Shown here piece after piece: positions 9,926 to 19,142 of a stretch of 64,000 bases of DNA. Each line of letters starts with the position of its first letter. Positions within the stretch are counted from its first letter, which is position 1. The stretch comes from a bacterium (GTDB lineage Bacteria > Margulisbacteria > Marinamargulisbacteria > JABIPA01), in the NCBI GenBank assembly GCA_018698675.1, contig JABIPA010000019.1, positions 17,902-81,901 of the forward strand, written 5' to 3'. The notes beneath the pieces were generated by a model. It saw nothing but the letters and a program-made list of their open reading frames with translations, was not told the origin of the DNA and ran no database searches. A program made the translations under genes and the position numbers.

Positions 9926-10600
9926 TTAAATTATAATGCATGGCAAATTAATATTTTTAATTTCATCTGGGATATCTTTATCATAGTCAAAGTAGTGTAT
10001 TTCCATTGGAAATTTTTTGGATACGTATTTGTTGTGACAAAAGTAGTGAGGGAAGTTTTTTAAAAAATGTGTTTTTATCCCTGATGCATGGAAAAAAGCT
10101 TTTAATACAGATCTTTTACTGCAAATTAACACAATTTTTTTTGAATCAGTTTTTTTAAATTTTAGAAATTGACTATTTAATGTTGATTTAACTAAATTAA
10201 TTCCAATTTGTCTGGAATTTATATACGTTTCTTTTACAACAAGTTTAGTTAATTCTCGGATTTCAAAATTAGAGGTAAGATCGATCTTTTGATTAATTTC
10301 GTCAAAACTCACGTTACCGTATTCTAAGGCGTAGCTGTTTTCTAAATAGGCACCAATCGACCCAATAACTTTTCCATTGGATTTTGCCATTAAAAGTTGG
10401 TCGGGGAAACGTTCGATAGGTTCATTTGAAACAGGTTGTTGGTTTATTAAGGTAACACCATATTTTTTAAAATAAATAGAGGCCATTAACTCTTGGCATT
10501 CTTTTTTTTCGGTTTCATGTTTAACAATTTCTAATGTATGGCTGGACGCGAATTTCGTATTCGTATCATTTAGTTGTTTGATTAATGTTTTGCTAATCAT
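9926..10600 (-). CDS. Hypothetical protein; possibly a GNAT-fold N-acyltransferase / N-acyl-amino-acid-synthase-like protein
   Basis: 224 aa, no TM. Segment NFEIRELTKLVVKETYINSRQIGINLV resembles the E-x-R...V / Q-x-x-G-x-G core of the GNAT/LuxI/NAS fold. Start overlaps the upstream gene's stop (ATGA), indicating translational coupling. Confidence 0.3.
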   Translation of the reverse strand: MISKTLIKQLNDTNTKFASSHTLEIVKHETEKKECQELMASIYFKKYGVTLINQQPVSNEPIERFPDQLLMAKSNGKVIGSIGAYLENSYALEYGNVSFDEINQKIDLTSNFEIRELTKLVVKETYINSRQIGINLVKSTLNSQFLKFKKTDSKKIVLICSKRSVLKAFFHASGIKTHFLKNFPHYFCHNKYVSKKFPMEIHYFDYDKDIPDEIKNINLPCIII

Positions 10601-12885
10601 AGAAATTGGGATACCTTTTCAACGGGTCTTTTTAAGGATGCTATTGGCTCTTGATCCGAATAAAATAATCGAAACAGAAGGACGAGCCCGTTGTCTGACG
10701 AATGTGGAATAATTGGGGTAAATTTATTTTTTAATGAAAGTAGATCTTTTTTAAGCCAAGCTGGAAGAGTTTCTGGCTTTAAATAAAGACGAGTCAGTAA
10801 ATAACAGATGCTCGTCATTGGTTGTAAGCTAAGACCTTCTTTACTTGCTGTTAACCATAATTTTTCAAGTGCCTGTCCTCCATGAAAAAAGCTTAAGGGA
10901 TCATTCTTATCAGTTATAATACATCCAATAGCAGGGCTTTTTTCTATTTGTTTTAAGGAGAAGCTTTCTATCCCTTTTCCTCCCTTAACTTTTTTAAGAA
11001 GTTCAACAACTGACCAGCTTTTTGATAATTTTAATCCAGCGAGATCCAAATTTGATAGATAAAGAGTATCGATATCGATACCATCTCTAGAATCATCAAC
11101 TTCTTTTTTATTCCATCGGATTTCGTTATACATTTCTTCGTGGCATTGTTTGTGAAAGAATCGACATTTTTCTGATTCGGCGAAAATATCCGAAAGTTCT
11201 GCAATGTCTGAAGGGTCTGTTTTAAAAATTACTTTTGTACCTTCAATGCTTTCGCAGGCAGTTGTTAGTTTTGAAAATGTTGACGTTTTAATTTCCTGTT
11301 TTGATGCTTTTTTACGGTTCGTTTTTCGTTTGAATATTTCATTGAATAAATCTGGCATTGTAGTTGTTAGTTCTAATTTTTTAGTTTGTTTAAAAATAGC
11401 AACACATGGAAACGAATCTGGATAAATTGTTTCAAAGGTCATTCCATTTTTTTCGGCGGCTATTTTAAAATTTTCAGCGGCAGCTCCAAGGGCTAAATGA
11501 GAGGCTAGGTAATTTATATCTAAAAATATACCTGCTCTAGATTTGTCTATAAAAAGAAAAACGAGATCGTTGTGGATAATCCACTTCCATGGCTGGATAT
11601 TTCCACCTGAAGGGGCTTGGTTTGCACAATCAATGCATTCGGATATTTTTGATTTTATAATTGGGACTGTAGCTGATAGGTTTTTATCGATTATTATTTT
11701 TTTTGCACAGCTGAATTCATATTCATTAGCGGATATGTCTTTAACTAGCTCCTTATTAGTAGTAATAGATTCCTGAGATTTATTTAAATTATTAGATTCT
11801 GTTTTAGTCGAAGTGGGTTGGTTTTTATCTAGTTCTTCGTCTAAATCGAAATAATAACGCCCCGATTGAGTGTGAGTAGATAACAGAATTCTTCTTGCTA
11901 CGTGAGTTGCAATTCCTGCTCCATTAGAAACTGACGAAGCAAGTTGGGGCCAAGAATTTATGCTTTGTTCAATTTCTAACATACTTGATTTTAATCTATC
12001 GGAAGCATCATTTATTCCAAGAATATCTAAAACTAATGGTATTTTTTCTTCATTTGTAAGATTTTTTAAGTTGGTTTTATTTTCTAAATTAGTAAGTCCA
12101 TGAAATAAAGGTCTGTCAGGCTCTAAATCGAATCGTTCAATATCTAAAAGTTCTCTGTCAGTTGTATGCATGATTACAGGAATGTTTAAGTTTTTACATT
12201 TTTTTCTTATTTCAATTTTTGTTTCAAAGCAGTCACATTCTTCAATAACGAGGTCAAGTTGAGCTGTTTCTGTAAGAAATTCAGAATAATTTTGGGTGTT
12301 TAAACCTTTGTCGAATATTGTTAATTTTAAAAATGGGTCAATTTCAAGTATTTCACGTGCTGTTAAAATTGCTTTGTTCATACCGATGTTTTTTACATTT
12401 GTTCTAATTCTATTTAGATTTGAAAGTTCAATTGAATCGAAATCAGCAAGTCTAATTTCACCGCATATTCTTTCTTGTGCAATAGTTAGCGCTATTGCGT
12501 GACCTACGGATAGCCCGACGACGCCTATTTTTTTTGCTTTTAATTCGATTTGTTCTTCTTCTGAAATTTTGTACATGTTTCTTGCTGTTCTTAATTTAAT
12601 GAATTTATTTTCATCAAGAAGATGCACGAGGTGATTATTCCACGGGTAATATACCCAAACCCCAATGTTATTTTTATTACCTGTGTCAAAATACTGTTTT
12701 TTAGCATTTTCTATGACTTTGTCTGATTTTTCGTTAGGAATAAAGAGTTTTGTATATTCTAATAGTTGACTTTCGATTTCATCAAAAATTTGGATATTGG
12801 AATTGTTTTTTAAATGCACAAGTTTATCAGCGTCGATTGGATTATTAGGATCTAGTATATCTACTTGAAATTTATATTTTTCCAT
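10597..12885 (-). CDS. ThiF/MoeB/E1-like adenylyltransferase domain fused to tandem nitroreductase-like domains (MoeY/Rv1355c-like architecture)
   Basis: E1 Rossmann motif IGVVGLSVGHAIALTIAQERICGEIRLADFDSIELSNLNRI (G-x-x-G-x-x-x-G ... D-x-D ... SNLNR, as in ThiF/MoeB/MccB). C-terminal half carries the nitroreductase hallmark APSGGNIQPWKW. 762 aa. Confidence 0.7.
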   Translation of the reverse strand: MEKYKFQVDILDPNNPIDADKLVHLKNNSNIQIFDEIESQLLEYTKLFIPNEKSDKVIENAKKQYFDTGNKNNIGVWVYYPWNNHLVHLLDENKFIKLRTARNMYKISEEEQIELKAKKIGVVGLSVGHAIALTIAQERICGEIRLADFDSIELSNLNRIRTNVKNIGMNKAILTAREILEIDPFLKLTIFDKGLNTQNYSEFLTETAQLDLVIEECDCFETKIEIRKKCKNLNIPVIMHTTDRELLDIERFDLEPDRPLFHGLTNLENKTNLKNLTNEEKIPLVLDILGINDASDRLKSSMLEIEQSINSWPQLASSVSNGAGIATHVARRILLSTHTQSGRYYFDLDEELDKNQPTSTKTESNNLNKSQESITTNKELVKDISANEYEFSCAKKIIIDKNLSATVPIIKSKISECIDCANQAPSGGNIQPWKWIIHNDLVFLFIDKSRAGIFLDINYLASHLALGAAAENFKIAAEKNGMTFETIYPDSFPCVAIFKQTKKLELTTTMPDLFNEIFKRKTNRKKASKQEIKTSTFSKLTTACESIEGTKVIFKTDPSDIAELSDIFAESEKCRFFHKQCHEEMYNEIRWNKKEVDDSRDGIDIDTLYLSNLDLAGLKLSKSWSVVELLKKVKGGKGIESFSLKQIEKSPAIGCIITDKNDPLSFFHGGQALEKLWLTASKEGLSLQPMTSICYLLTRLYLKPETLPAWLKKDLLSLKNKFTPIIPHSSDNGLVLLFRLFYSDQEPIASLKRPVEKVSQFL

Positions 12886-13113
12886 ATGGTTGTTTGCCTT
12901 ATTTTTTATTTAAAATAGTTTCAAATATTAATTTACATAGTAACTAGATTAGTAGTTGAATATGTGAAATTTTAACCTAATAAAACTTTTTATTTTTTAA
13001 TATTAAGGGAACGCCTTACTAAGAAGTATAAACTTTTTTTTGATTAAAGCAAATGTTTTTCAATTGCGTTTATTTAAGTATAAGTTTTAATGGTTTATGA
13101 CATTGTAATGCAG

Positions 13114-13119
13114 TATAAT
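13114..13119 (+). promoter_or_regulatory. Candidate sigma-70 -10 hexamer (TATAAT) about 45 nt upstream of the PP2C gene start
   Basis: Exact TATAAT at 13114-13119, with TTATGA 13 nt upstream as a weak -35. The divergent 278-bp intergenic region probably serves both flanking operons. Confidence 0.25.
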
Positions 13120-13163
13120 TAATTCTGTTACCAAGTTTATCTTTTACGCTATAAATATAATAT

Positions 13164-14561
13164 ATGAACACAATTACAAACCTTTTGATGCTGTATGGTG
13201 GTATTTTATTAATAAATACTATTATTTCAATTTTTCTTTGGATAAATGATAAATCTAAAACTAGTTTCTATAAAATTATGTTTTATATTTGGTTTTCGAG
13301 TGTTGTTGCTTTTGTTTTTCAAGGAATATTGCAGCAAAATGACTTAGCTATTGTATCTGGTTTTGCTTTTACATTGTTTACTGTTTTTTCTTTAGTTTTC
13401 CTATTTAAAGATATTTATTCTTTTCGGGTACCTATTAAACGATTAGTCGGGTTTTTCGTCGTTTCTTATGGAACAACTATTTTACTTTTAATTAATGGTA
13501 TTGAATTTGTTTATGCTGTTTTGCCTTTGTCCTTTAGTGTTGCATTACCCTTACTTGTTACGGCATATCATGGTTTTTTTAAACGATGGAACGAGCTTAC
13601 CTTTCCCGGGAAAGGATATATTTGGGTAGCTGTAATGTTTTCTATCCATATTTTAGATTTTCCATTTTTGAGAAAGGTTGATTCCGCAGCGACTCTTGGT
13701 TTTTTAATTGCTATTCTCATCGTTTTTGGATTTTCTATTTTCGCGCCTGCCATGGTTATAGAAATTCTTGCAAAAAGGCAAACTCGGATTGTTGCTGAAA
13801 TTGATGTTGCTAAGAAGATTCAAACTGAAATTTTACCTAAAGACCCTCATGTTCCTGGGATGGATCTTACATGTTTTATGAGGCCTGCAGATGAGGTTGG
13901 GGGCGATTATTATGATATTTACTCTGTTGGAGACAAGACATGGTTGTTTCTTGGAGATGTGACTGGACATGGTCTCGGATCCGGCCTCGTGATGTTTATG
14001 GCTCAAAGTATTATTACTTCTATATTAGAGACAAACCAGTCGATTACTCCTATGGGTTTAAATCTGTTGTTTAACCAAATATTATTTAACAATTTGGAAC
14101 GATTGAATGAAAAGCGTCCGATGGCTCTAATTTCTTTATGTTTTGGAAAAAATAATTCGGTTGCTCTTAGTGGTAATCACGATCTTATTTTTGTGTACCG
14201 ATATAAAACTAAATTGATTGAAAAATTGGAACTTTATCAATTTCCTATGGGACTAGGGTTTACCGATAATTTTGATGAGTCTGCGGTAAAAGATGAATCA
14301 TTGGTTTTAGAAGACGGAGATATTTTATTCTTGGGAACAGACGGAATTACTGAAGCGGCGAGACATGGGGACGTTAATTTAGGCATGTTTGGTGAAGAAC
14401 TTTTGGAAAAATGGTTGGAAGAGAATTGTGAAAACACCGTTGATGAAATGAAGAAGTCATTGCTTGAAAAATTGGACAATTATACCAATGGAAATTACTT
14501 TGATGACATTACTTTTGTAATTGCACGTTTAGATTCTCAAAAACTGGGTAAAATTATTTAA
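13164..14561 (+). CDS. Membrane-anchored PP2C-family (SpoIIE/RsbU/SiaA-like) Ser/Thr phosphatase with an N-terminal 6-7-TM sensor domain
   Basis: About 200 aa of successive hydrophobic helices, then a PPM domain with motifs DEVGGDYYD, GDVTGHGLGSGLVM, GTDGITEA and DDITFV (metal-binding Asp residues). Confidence 0.8.
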   Translation: MNTITNLLMLYGGILLINTIISIFLWINDKSKTSFYKIMFYIWFSSVVAFVFQGILQQNDLAIVSGFAFTLFTVFSLVFLFKDIYSFRVPIKRLVGFFVVSYGTTILLLINGIEFVYAVLPLSFSVALPLLVTAYHGFFKRWNELTFPGKGYIWVAVMFSIHILDFPFLRKVDSAATLGFLIAILIVFGFSIFAPAMVIEILAKRQTRIVAEIDVAKKIQTEILPKDPHVPGMDLTCFMRPADEVGGDYYDIYSVGDKTWLFLGDVTGHGLGSGLVMFMAQSIITSILETNQSITPMGLNLLFNQILFNNLERLNEKRPMALISLCFGKNNSVALSGNHDLIFVYRYKTKLIEKLELYQFPMGLGFTDNFDESAVKDESLVLEDGDILFLGTDGITEAARHGDVNLGMFGEELLEKWLEENCENTVDEMKKSLLEKLDNYTNGNYFDDITFVIARLDSQKLGKII

Positions 14562-14563
14562 GT

Positions 14564-15172
14564 ATGGATACAAGTATATTTAAAATTAATAAATTAAGCC
14601 CCAAGAGTTTGTTTTCGGATTCAAAACAATCTTGGTTCTTTGGTGACTACATAACATTAGAAGAAGACGAAATGATTTTTTCGGAATGTCATCTAAAATT
14701 TTTGCCACTCCATTTAATTTCTAAATGGTCTAGATGTGGATTAACAGCCGAATATTTATCAAAGTACATTGCCTTGAATTCAGAGAAGATTATTGAAGTC
14801 GAAAATTTTGCGTCGACTGTGATTAATGAATTGATTGAAAACGCAGTTAAGTTTTCGTTTGATAAGTCAGAATCAATATTGGTATCTATGCACCAAACTG
14901 AAAAAGCAGTGTTGGTTAGGATAGAAAATGTTGCCGATTACGATTCGGTAAAAAAATTCGTGGATTTTTTAGAAGAAATCGACTTAACGGATATAGAAGA
15001 AACGATGATTAAACGAATAGAAAAGAGTGCAACGTCAGATGGAGATGTGTCTGGTTTGGGGATTTTATCTATCATCAATGATAGTGATGTTACCTTTGGT
15101 ATGAAAATTTGTTCAGAATCGGCAGAAGACGAGACGTTTTCAGTAGATATAAAAATATTATTTAAAATTTAG
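14564..15172 (+). CDS. SiaB/RsbW-like anti-sigma-factor-type Ser/Thr kinase (GHKL ATPase-like), paralog 1
   Basis: N-box-like INELIENAVKFS and glycine-rich GDVSGLGILSI. Paralogous to the 15541..16107 product (shared ...SKWSRCGLTAEYLSKY... / ...SEWERCGLISDYLARY...). 2-nt gap after the phosphatase gene. Confidence 0.55.
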   Translation: MDTSIFKINKLSPKSLFSDSKQSWFFGDYITLEEDEMIFSECHLKFLPLHLISKWSRCGLTAEYLSKYIALNSEKIIEVENFASTVINELIENAVKFSFDKSESILVSMHQTEKAVLVRIENVADYDSVKKFVDFLEEIDLTDIEETMIKRIEKSATSDGDVSGLGILSIINDSDVTFGMKICSESAEDETFSVDIKILFKI

Positions 15173-15189
15173 GGAAAAGGGGAGATTTA

Positions 15190-15528
15190 ATGTTTAATAA
15201 AGATTATCAGATAATAGAAGCAAGCGTTGGAGTAATTGGTTTAACAGGAGTTTTAAGATTACCGTCACCAGGTGCTTATGATGCCCCTTTTGCACCTATA
15301 TACGAAAAAATGCAAAATGAAGAATTTCCTACGTTTGTTTTAGATGTAACGGAGCTCGTTTTTTTAAATAGTGCGGGACTAACGGCTTTGGCTCAATTAA
15401 TTATTTATTGTCGGGAACATAATATTCCATTGACGTTAAAGGGAAAGAAAGGTGTTCCTTGGCATGAGAAAAGTATTTCAAGGTCTCTTGCCCGTTTATG
15501 GAAAGAAATGATAGTGGAGCTTGTTTAA
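15190..15528 (+). CDS. Partner-switching target protein, DUF1987 (SiaC-like) / STAS-like
   Basis: 112 aa. ...LRLPSPGAYDAPF... and FVLDVTELVFLNSAGLTALAQLI resemble the SiaC/DUF1987 signature (GDSYPENS ... LYLNTSS) more than canonical RsbV/SpoIIAA. Confidence 0.5.
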   Translation: MFNKDYQIIEASVGVIGLTGVLRLPSPGAYDAPFAPIYEKMQNEEFPTFVLDVTELVFLNSAGLTALAQLIIYCREHNIPLTLKGKKGVPWHEKSISRSLARLWKEMIVELV

Positions 15529-15540
15529 TAGATATTTTAA

Positions 15541-16107
15541 ATGGAAGAAATAGTATACGGACTATATAACGAATTAGATAAAGTTGGAGTAGGTAGCTCT
15601 GAGATAACAATGGATTTTGTGATACCTCTCGAACTAATGTCTGAATGGGAACGTTGCGGGCTAATATCTGATTATTTGGCCCGGTATGAAGCGTTTTCAT
15701 TTGATGATCAAGAGTTAGCAACGCAAGTTCTCTCTACGATAATAAATGAACTTCTAGAAAACGCTGTTAAATTTTCGACTGATAAAAATAAAATTGTGAA
15801 TATTACTATCAAGCATTTTGGGAGTTTTTTGTCTGTTGAAGCAGTAAATAATACAGATGAGGAACATGCCGTAGATTTAGAAACTTTTGTTTCTAAATTG
15901 AAAAAATCTACCCCTGAAGAGTTTTTTTATGAGCAAATCGAAAAAAATGCTTTGGCTCAAAGTGGTAATTTGTCTGGTTTGGGTTTACTGACTTTAGTGA
16001 ATGATTATGAAGCAAAATTAGGTATAAAAATTCAGAAAAGGATTAAAACTGGGTATGACATTTTTACGATGGTTTTGTTTTTTACAAATAATTTTTCAAA
16101 CTCTTAA
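15541..16107 (+). CDS. SiaB/RsbW-like kinase, paralog 2
   Basis: INELLENAVKFS and GNLSGLGLLTL motifs. Clear paralog of the 14564..15172 product. Confidence 0.55.
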   Translation: MEEIVYGLYNELDKVGVGSSEITMDFVIPLELMSEWERCGLISDYLARYEAFSFDDQELATQVLSTIINELLENAVKFSTDKNKIVNITIKHFGSFLSVEAVNNTDEEHAVDLETFVSKLKKSTPEEFFYEQIEKNALAQSGNLSGLGLLTLVNDYEAKLGIKIQKRIKTGYDIFTMVLFFTNNFSNS

Positions 16108-16128
16108 TATATGGTATGTTTGATTTCT

Positions 16129-17601
16129 TCAGAAAGACGTAGTTTCGTCAATTATTTCGTTTTTTAGACGAATCTCTTTTTGGTCGGCTCGTTTGATTGA
16201 AACATTTCCACTAAAAGTAACATTTTTTTCAATGTGAACATTTCCTTCAATTTTGAGACTTTTTACAGTTTTAAGAGAAGGTGTTTCTAATACCCGGTTT
16301 TCATATTTTTCAACAGTATCGAATTCTTTTCCAAGTGATATAGATGGAAGGTCGTTTACATCTACTTGTTCCGAAAACCTGTAGGTATTGTTTTCTTTAA
16401 TCAGAAAATCAGATCGAAGAAGCATAAGGTCTGATGTTTTTTTTACCGGAAGAAATCTCGTTCTAGGTACGACACAAGTAATTGCGTTATCAAACAAATT
16501 TATTGCCGCTCCCATCGCTGTTTCAAGCTGAATAATATTAGTATTATTTATCGTTTTTGGATTTGCAATTAATGGAAGTAGGAAATTTTCTTTTTCCATT
16601 TTTCTTTTCAATTGTTTCAGATTTATCCAAATGTTATTTGTGTTAAATATTTTGAATTTTTGAATGTTTTCAAACTCTGGAAGATGCTCTGTTTCTACTT
16701 GGGCACGTTCAAGGAGAGTTAGTTTATTGTTTACTCTAACTAATGTTCCACCTTTTACATCTAGTTTTGTTTTTTTAGTGGTTTCCATAAGAAAGTCTAC
16801 GTTATTTTCTGACATATAGTTTGGAATAGCTATATCGATAGTCGCTCCAATATTGTCAGAATTGGAAATAAAAATATATTCCTTATTATCGTTTATTAAT
16901 TTATCGATCCATCCAGATTCATTTAATGTTAAAAATACGTCTCCGTGCCCGGGAGGATTCCATTCTTGGTCTGAATTAGTACGCATCGTAAATGGTTCGC
17001 CTGATTGTTTATTTATTTTTGGAAACTGGTTTTGTATGATCGCATTGAATGGTTTGTTTTCTTTTTTAAAAAAACGTTCGGTTTGAGAATGTGTGTTAAA
17101 GCTATTTAATAAAATGAGAGGCAACTTCACTTTATATGTTGATTCAAAAAATGAAAGTTGTTCTTGAATAATAGTTAAGAAATTTTTGTTTTTGAATATC
17201 GGAACTAATGATTTTGGCCCTACACAACCCATTGACGTTCCTAGCCCACCATTTAATTTTAGAACCGCAATTTTTTTAAGGATTGATTGTGGAGAGTCTG
17301 GTTTTTTTAAATCGTCATAATTTATTTCGTCGGATATATTTAAGGGGTTTATTTTAGACCATTCTATTTTAGCTTCTGGGTTAAAAAGGTAGTTTAAATA
17401 GAGTAAGGAAAACGTTAATTTTGTTCCGATTGATTGTTTTTTAAGAGTCATTTTATCTAGATAAATTGGAAGTTTTGTTAGAAATGTTTGCTTCGTAGCT
17501 TCAAAGTTTTGATAAGAACGATATGTCTCAATGTTTGTGTTTATTTTACCTAATTCAGCTTCGTTGAAAAACGCGTTAAGAATATTTTTCATATTACTCA
17601 T
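16129..17601 (-). CDS. UTP-glucose-1-phosphate uridylyltransferase, eukaryotic-type UDPGP family
   Basis: UDPGP-family signature LNGGLGTSMGCVGPKS and C-terminal left-handed β-helix-like region. 490 aa, the size of eukaryotic UGPases rather than GalU. Confidence 0.75.
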   Translation of the reverse strand: MSNMKNILNAFFNEAELGKINTNIETYRSYQNFEATKQTFLTKLPIYLDKMTLKKQSIGTKLTFSLLYLNYLFNPEAKIEWSKINPLNISDEINYDDLKKPDSPQSILKKIAVLKLNGGLGTSMGCVGPKSLVPIFKNKNFLTIIQEQLSFFESTYKVKLPLILLNSFNTHSQTERFFKKENKPFNAIIQNQFPKINKQSGEPFTMRTNSDQEWNPPGHGDVFLTLNESGWIDKLINDNKEYIFISNSDNIGATIDIAIPNYMSENNVDFLMETTKKTKLDVKGGTLVRVNNKLTLLERAQVETEHLPEFENIQKFKIFNTNNIWINLKQLKRKMEKENFLLPLIANPKTINNTNIIQLETAMGAAINLFDNAITCVVPRTRFLPVKKTSDLMLLRSDFLIKENNTYRFSEQVDVNDLPSISLGKEFDTVEKYENRVLETPSLKTVKSLKIEGNVHIEKNVTFSGNVSIKRADQKEIRLKNEIIDETTSF

Positions 17602-19142
17602 TATAGAAATAATTTGTACGCAGGATTATTTGATTCGTTTTTTGTAAAAAATCCTGTTGATTTGAGAAAAGTTTCAAATTTCTCAGAGTCTGGGTTCGGA
17701 ACTTGAATCCCAGCTAGAACCCTACCATAAGCAGCTCCATGGTTTCTGTAATGAAATAGACTGATATTCCAATTATCTCCTAATTGCTTTAGAAAAGTTA
17801 AAAGAGCTCCGGGCCTTTCGGGAAATTGGAAACGATATATCTTTTCGTCTTCTAAATTATTTGTTTTTCCACCGACCATATGACGGATATGTATTTTTGC
17901 CAGCTCATTGTCGGATAAGTCTTGTGCTTTAAAATTTGAAGAGTCAAAAAGTTTCATTAGCTCTAAACGTTCCGAAGATCCATTTGTAAGTTCAATTCCA
18001 ACAAAAATATGCGCATTTTTGGAGTCCGCATACCTGTAATTAAACTCAGTTATAGACCGATTTCCAAGAGAATTACAAAATTTGTTAAAACTACCAGCCT
18101 TTTCAGGAATGGTGACAGCGAATAAGCCTTCTTTGTTTTCCCCAATCTCGGTTCGTTCGGATACATGTCTAAGCCTATCAAAGTTTATATTCGCTCCGGA
18201 GTTTATCGCAACATATGTTTGATTCTTTTTAGATTGAGCGTATTTTTTTAAGCCGGCTAATGCAAGAGCGCCCGAAGGTTCGGCAATAGAACGTGTGTCG
18301 TCAAAAATATCTTTAATCGAGGAACAAATTTCGTCAGTTGTTACTAAAATTACGTCATCGACAGTGTGGGTTAATAGTTTATAAGGTTCTTTTCCAATTT
18401 GTTTTACAGCGACACCATCCGCAAAAATTCCAACATGTTCTAGAATTTCTCTTTTTCCAGACTTTAATGAGTTATATAGAGCTGGGGAATCTTCTGGCTC
18501 AACGCCAATAATTTTGATAGAAGGATCAACAAACTTTAAATAAGCACTAACTCCGGCAATAAGACCTCCACCACCAATCGGAATAAAAACTGCATCAATT
18601 TTTTCTTTCTTTTGGCGCATGATTTCCATTCCAATAGTGCCTTGTCCTGCAATGACTTCTTCGTCGTCATACGGATGAATAAACGTGATGTTTTTCGTTT
18701 TTGCATATTTTGAAGCGAATTCAAAAGACTCGTCGTAGCTATCTCCATGCAGAATTACAGTAGAGCCTAATGCTTTTACCGCGGAAACTTTTATTGAAGG
18801 TGTCGTTTTTGGCATGACTATGGTTGCTTTTAAATTCAATTTTTTAGCTGAAAGGGCAACTCCTTGTGCATGATTTCCAGCGGAGGATGTTACCACTTCT
18901 TCAATTTTTTCAGTTTTTAGAATAGATGAGATTTTATTATAGGCGCCTCTTATTTTAAAAGAGAATACAGGCTGAAGGTCTTCTCTTTTTAAATAAACGT
19001 TATTGTTTGTTCGAGAAGAAGCTAATGCTAGTTTTTGAAGAGGCGTTTCTGTGATGATGTCATAAACAGAGGATCTCAGTATTTTTTCTACAATTTTATT
19101 TAGCATTGTAAGCACCTTATCAAGCCTATTATTTGTCGTCAA
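17601..19142 (-). CDS. ilvA: Threonine dehydratase, biosynthetic (IlvA) with C-terminal regulatory domains
   Basis: PLP-lysine motif SFKIRGA, glycine-rich loop GGGGLIAG. 513 aa with two C-terminal ACT-like repeats. Confidence 0.85.
   Translation of the reverse strand: MTTNNRLDKVLTMLNKIVEKILRSSVYDIITETPLQKLALASSRTNNNVYLKREDLQPVFSFKIRGAYNKISSILKTEKIEEVVTSSAGNHAQGVALSAKKLNLKATIVMPKTTPSIKVSAVKALGSTVILHGDSYDESFEFASKYAKTKNITFIHPYDDEEVIAGQGTIGMEIMRQKKEKIDAVFIPIGGGGLIAGVSAYLKFVDPSIKIIGVEPEDSPALYNSLKSGKREILEHVGIFADGVAVKQIGKEPYKLLTHTVDDVILVTTDEICSSIKDIFDDTRSIAEPSGALALAGLKKYAQSKKNQTYVAINSGANINFDRLRHVSERTEIGENKEGLFAVTIPEKAGSFNKFCNSLGNRSITEFNYRYADSKNAHIFVGIELTNGSSERLELMKLFDSSNFKAQDLSDNELAKIHIRHMVGGKTNNLEDEKIYRFQFPERPGALLTFLKQLGDNWNISLFHYRNHGAAYGRVLAGIQVPNPDSEKFETFLKSTGFFTKNESNNPAYKLFL

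Noticed and set aside
15190-15528. Classical RsbV/SpoIIAA anti-anti-sigma (STAS) annotation
   Set aside because: The sequence around FLNSAG and PSPGAYD fits the DUF1987/SiaC pattern better than the DxxxxSS/T STAS phospho-site context. It is kept as 'SiaC-like/STAS-like' with moderate confidence only.
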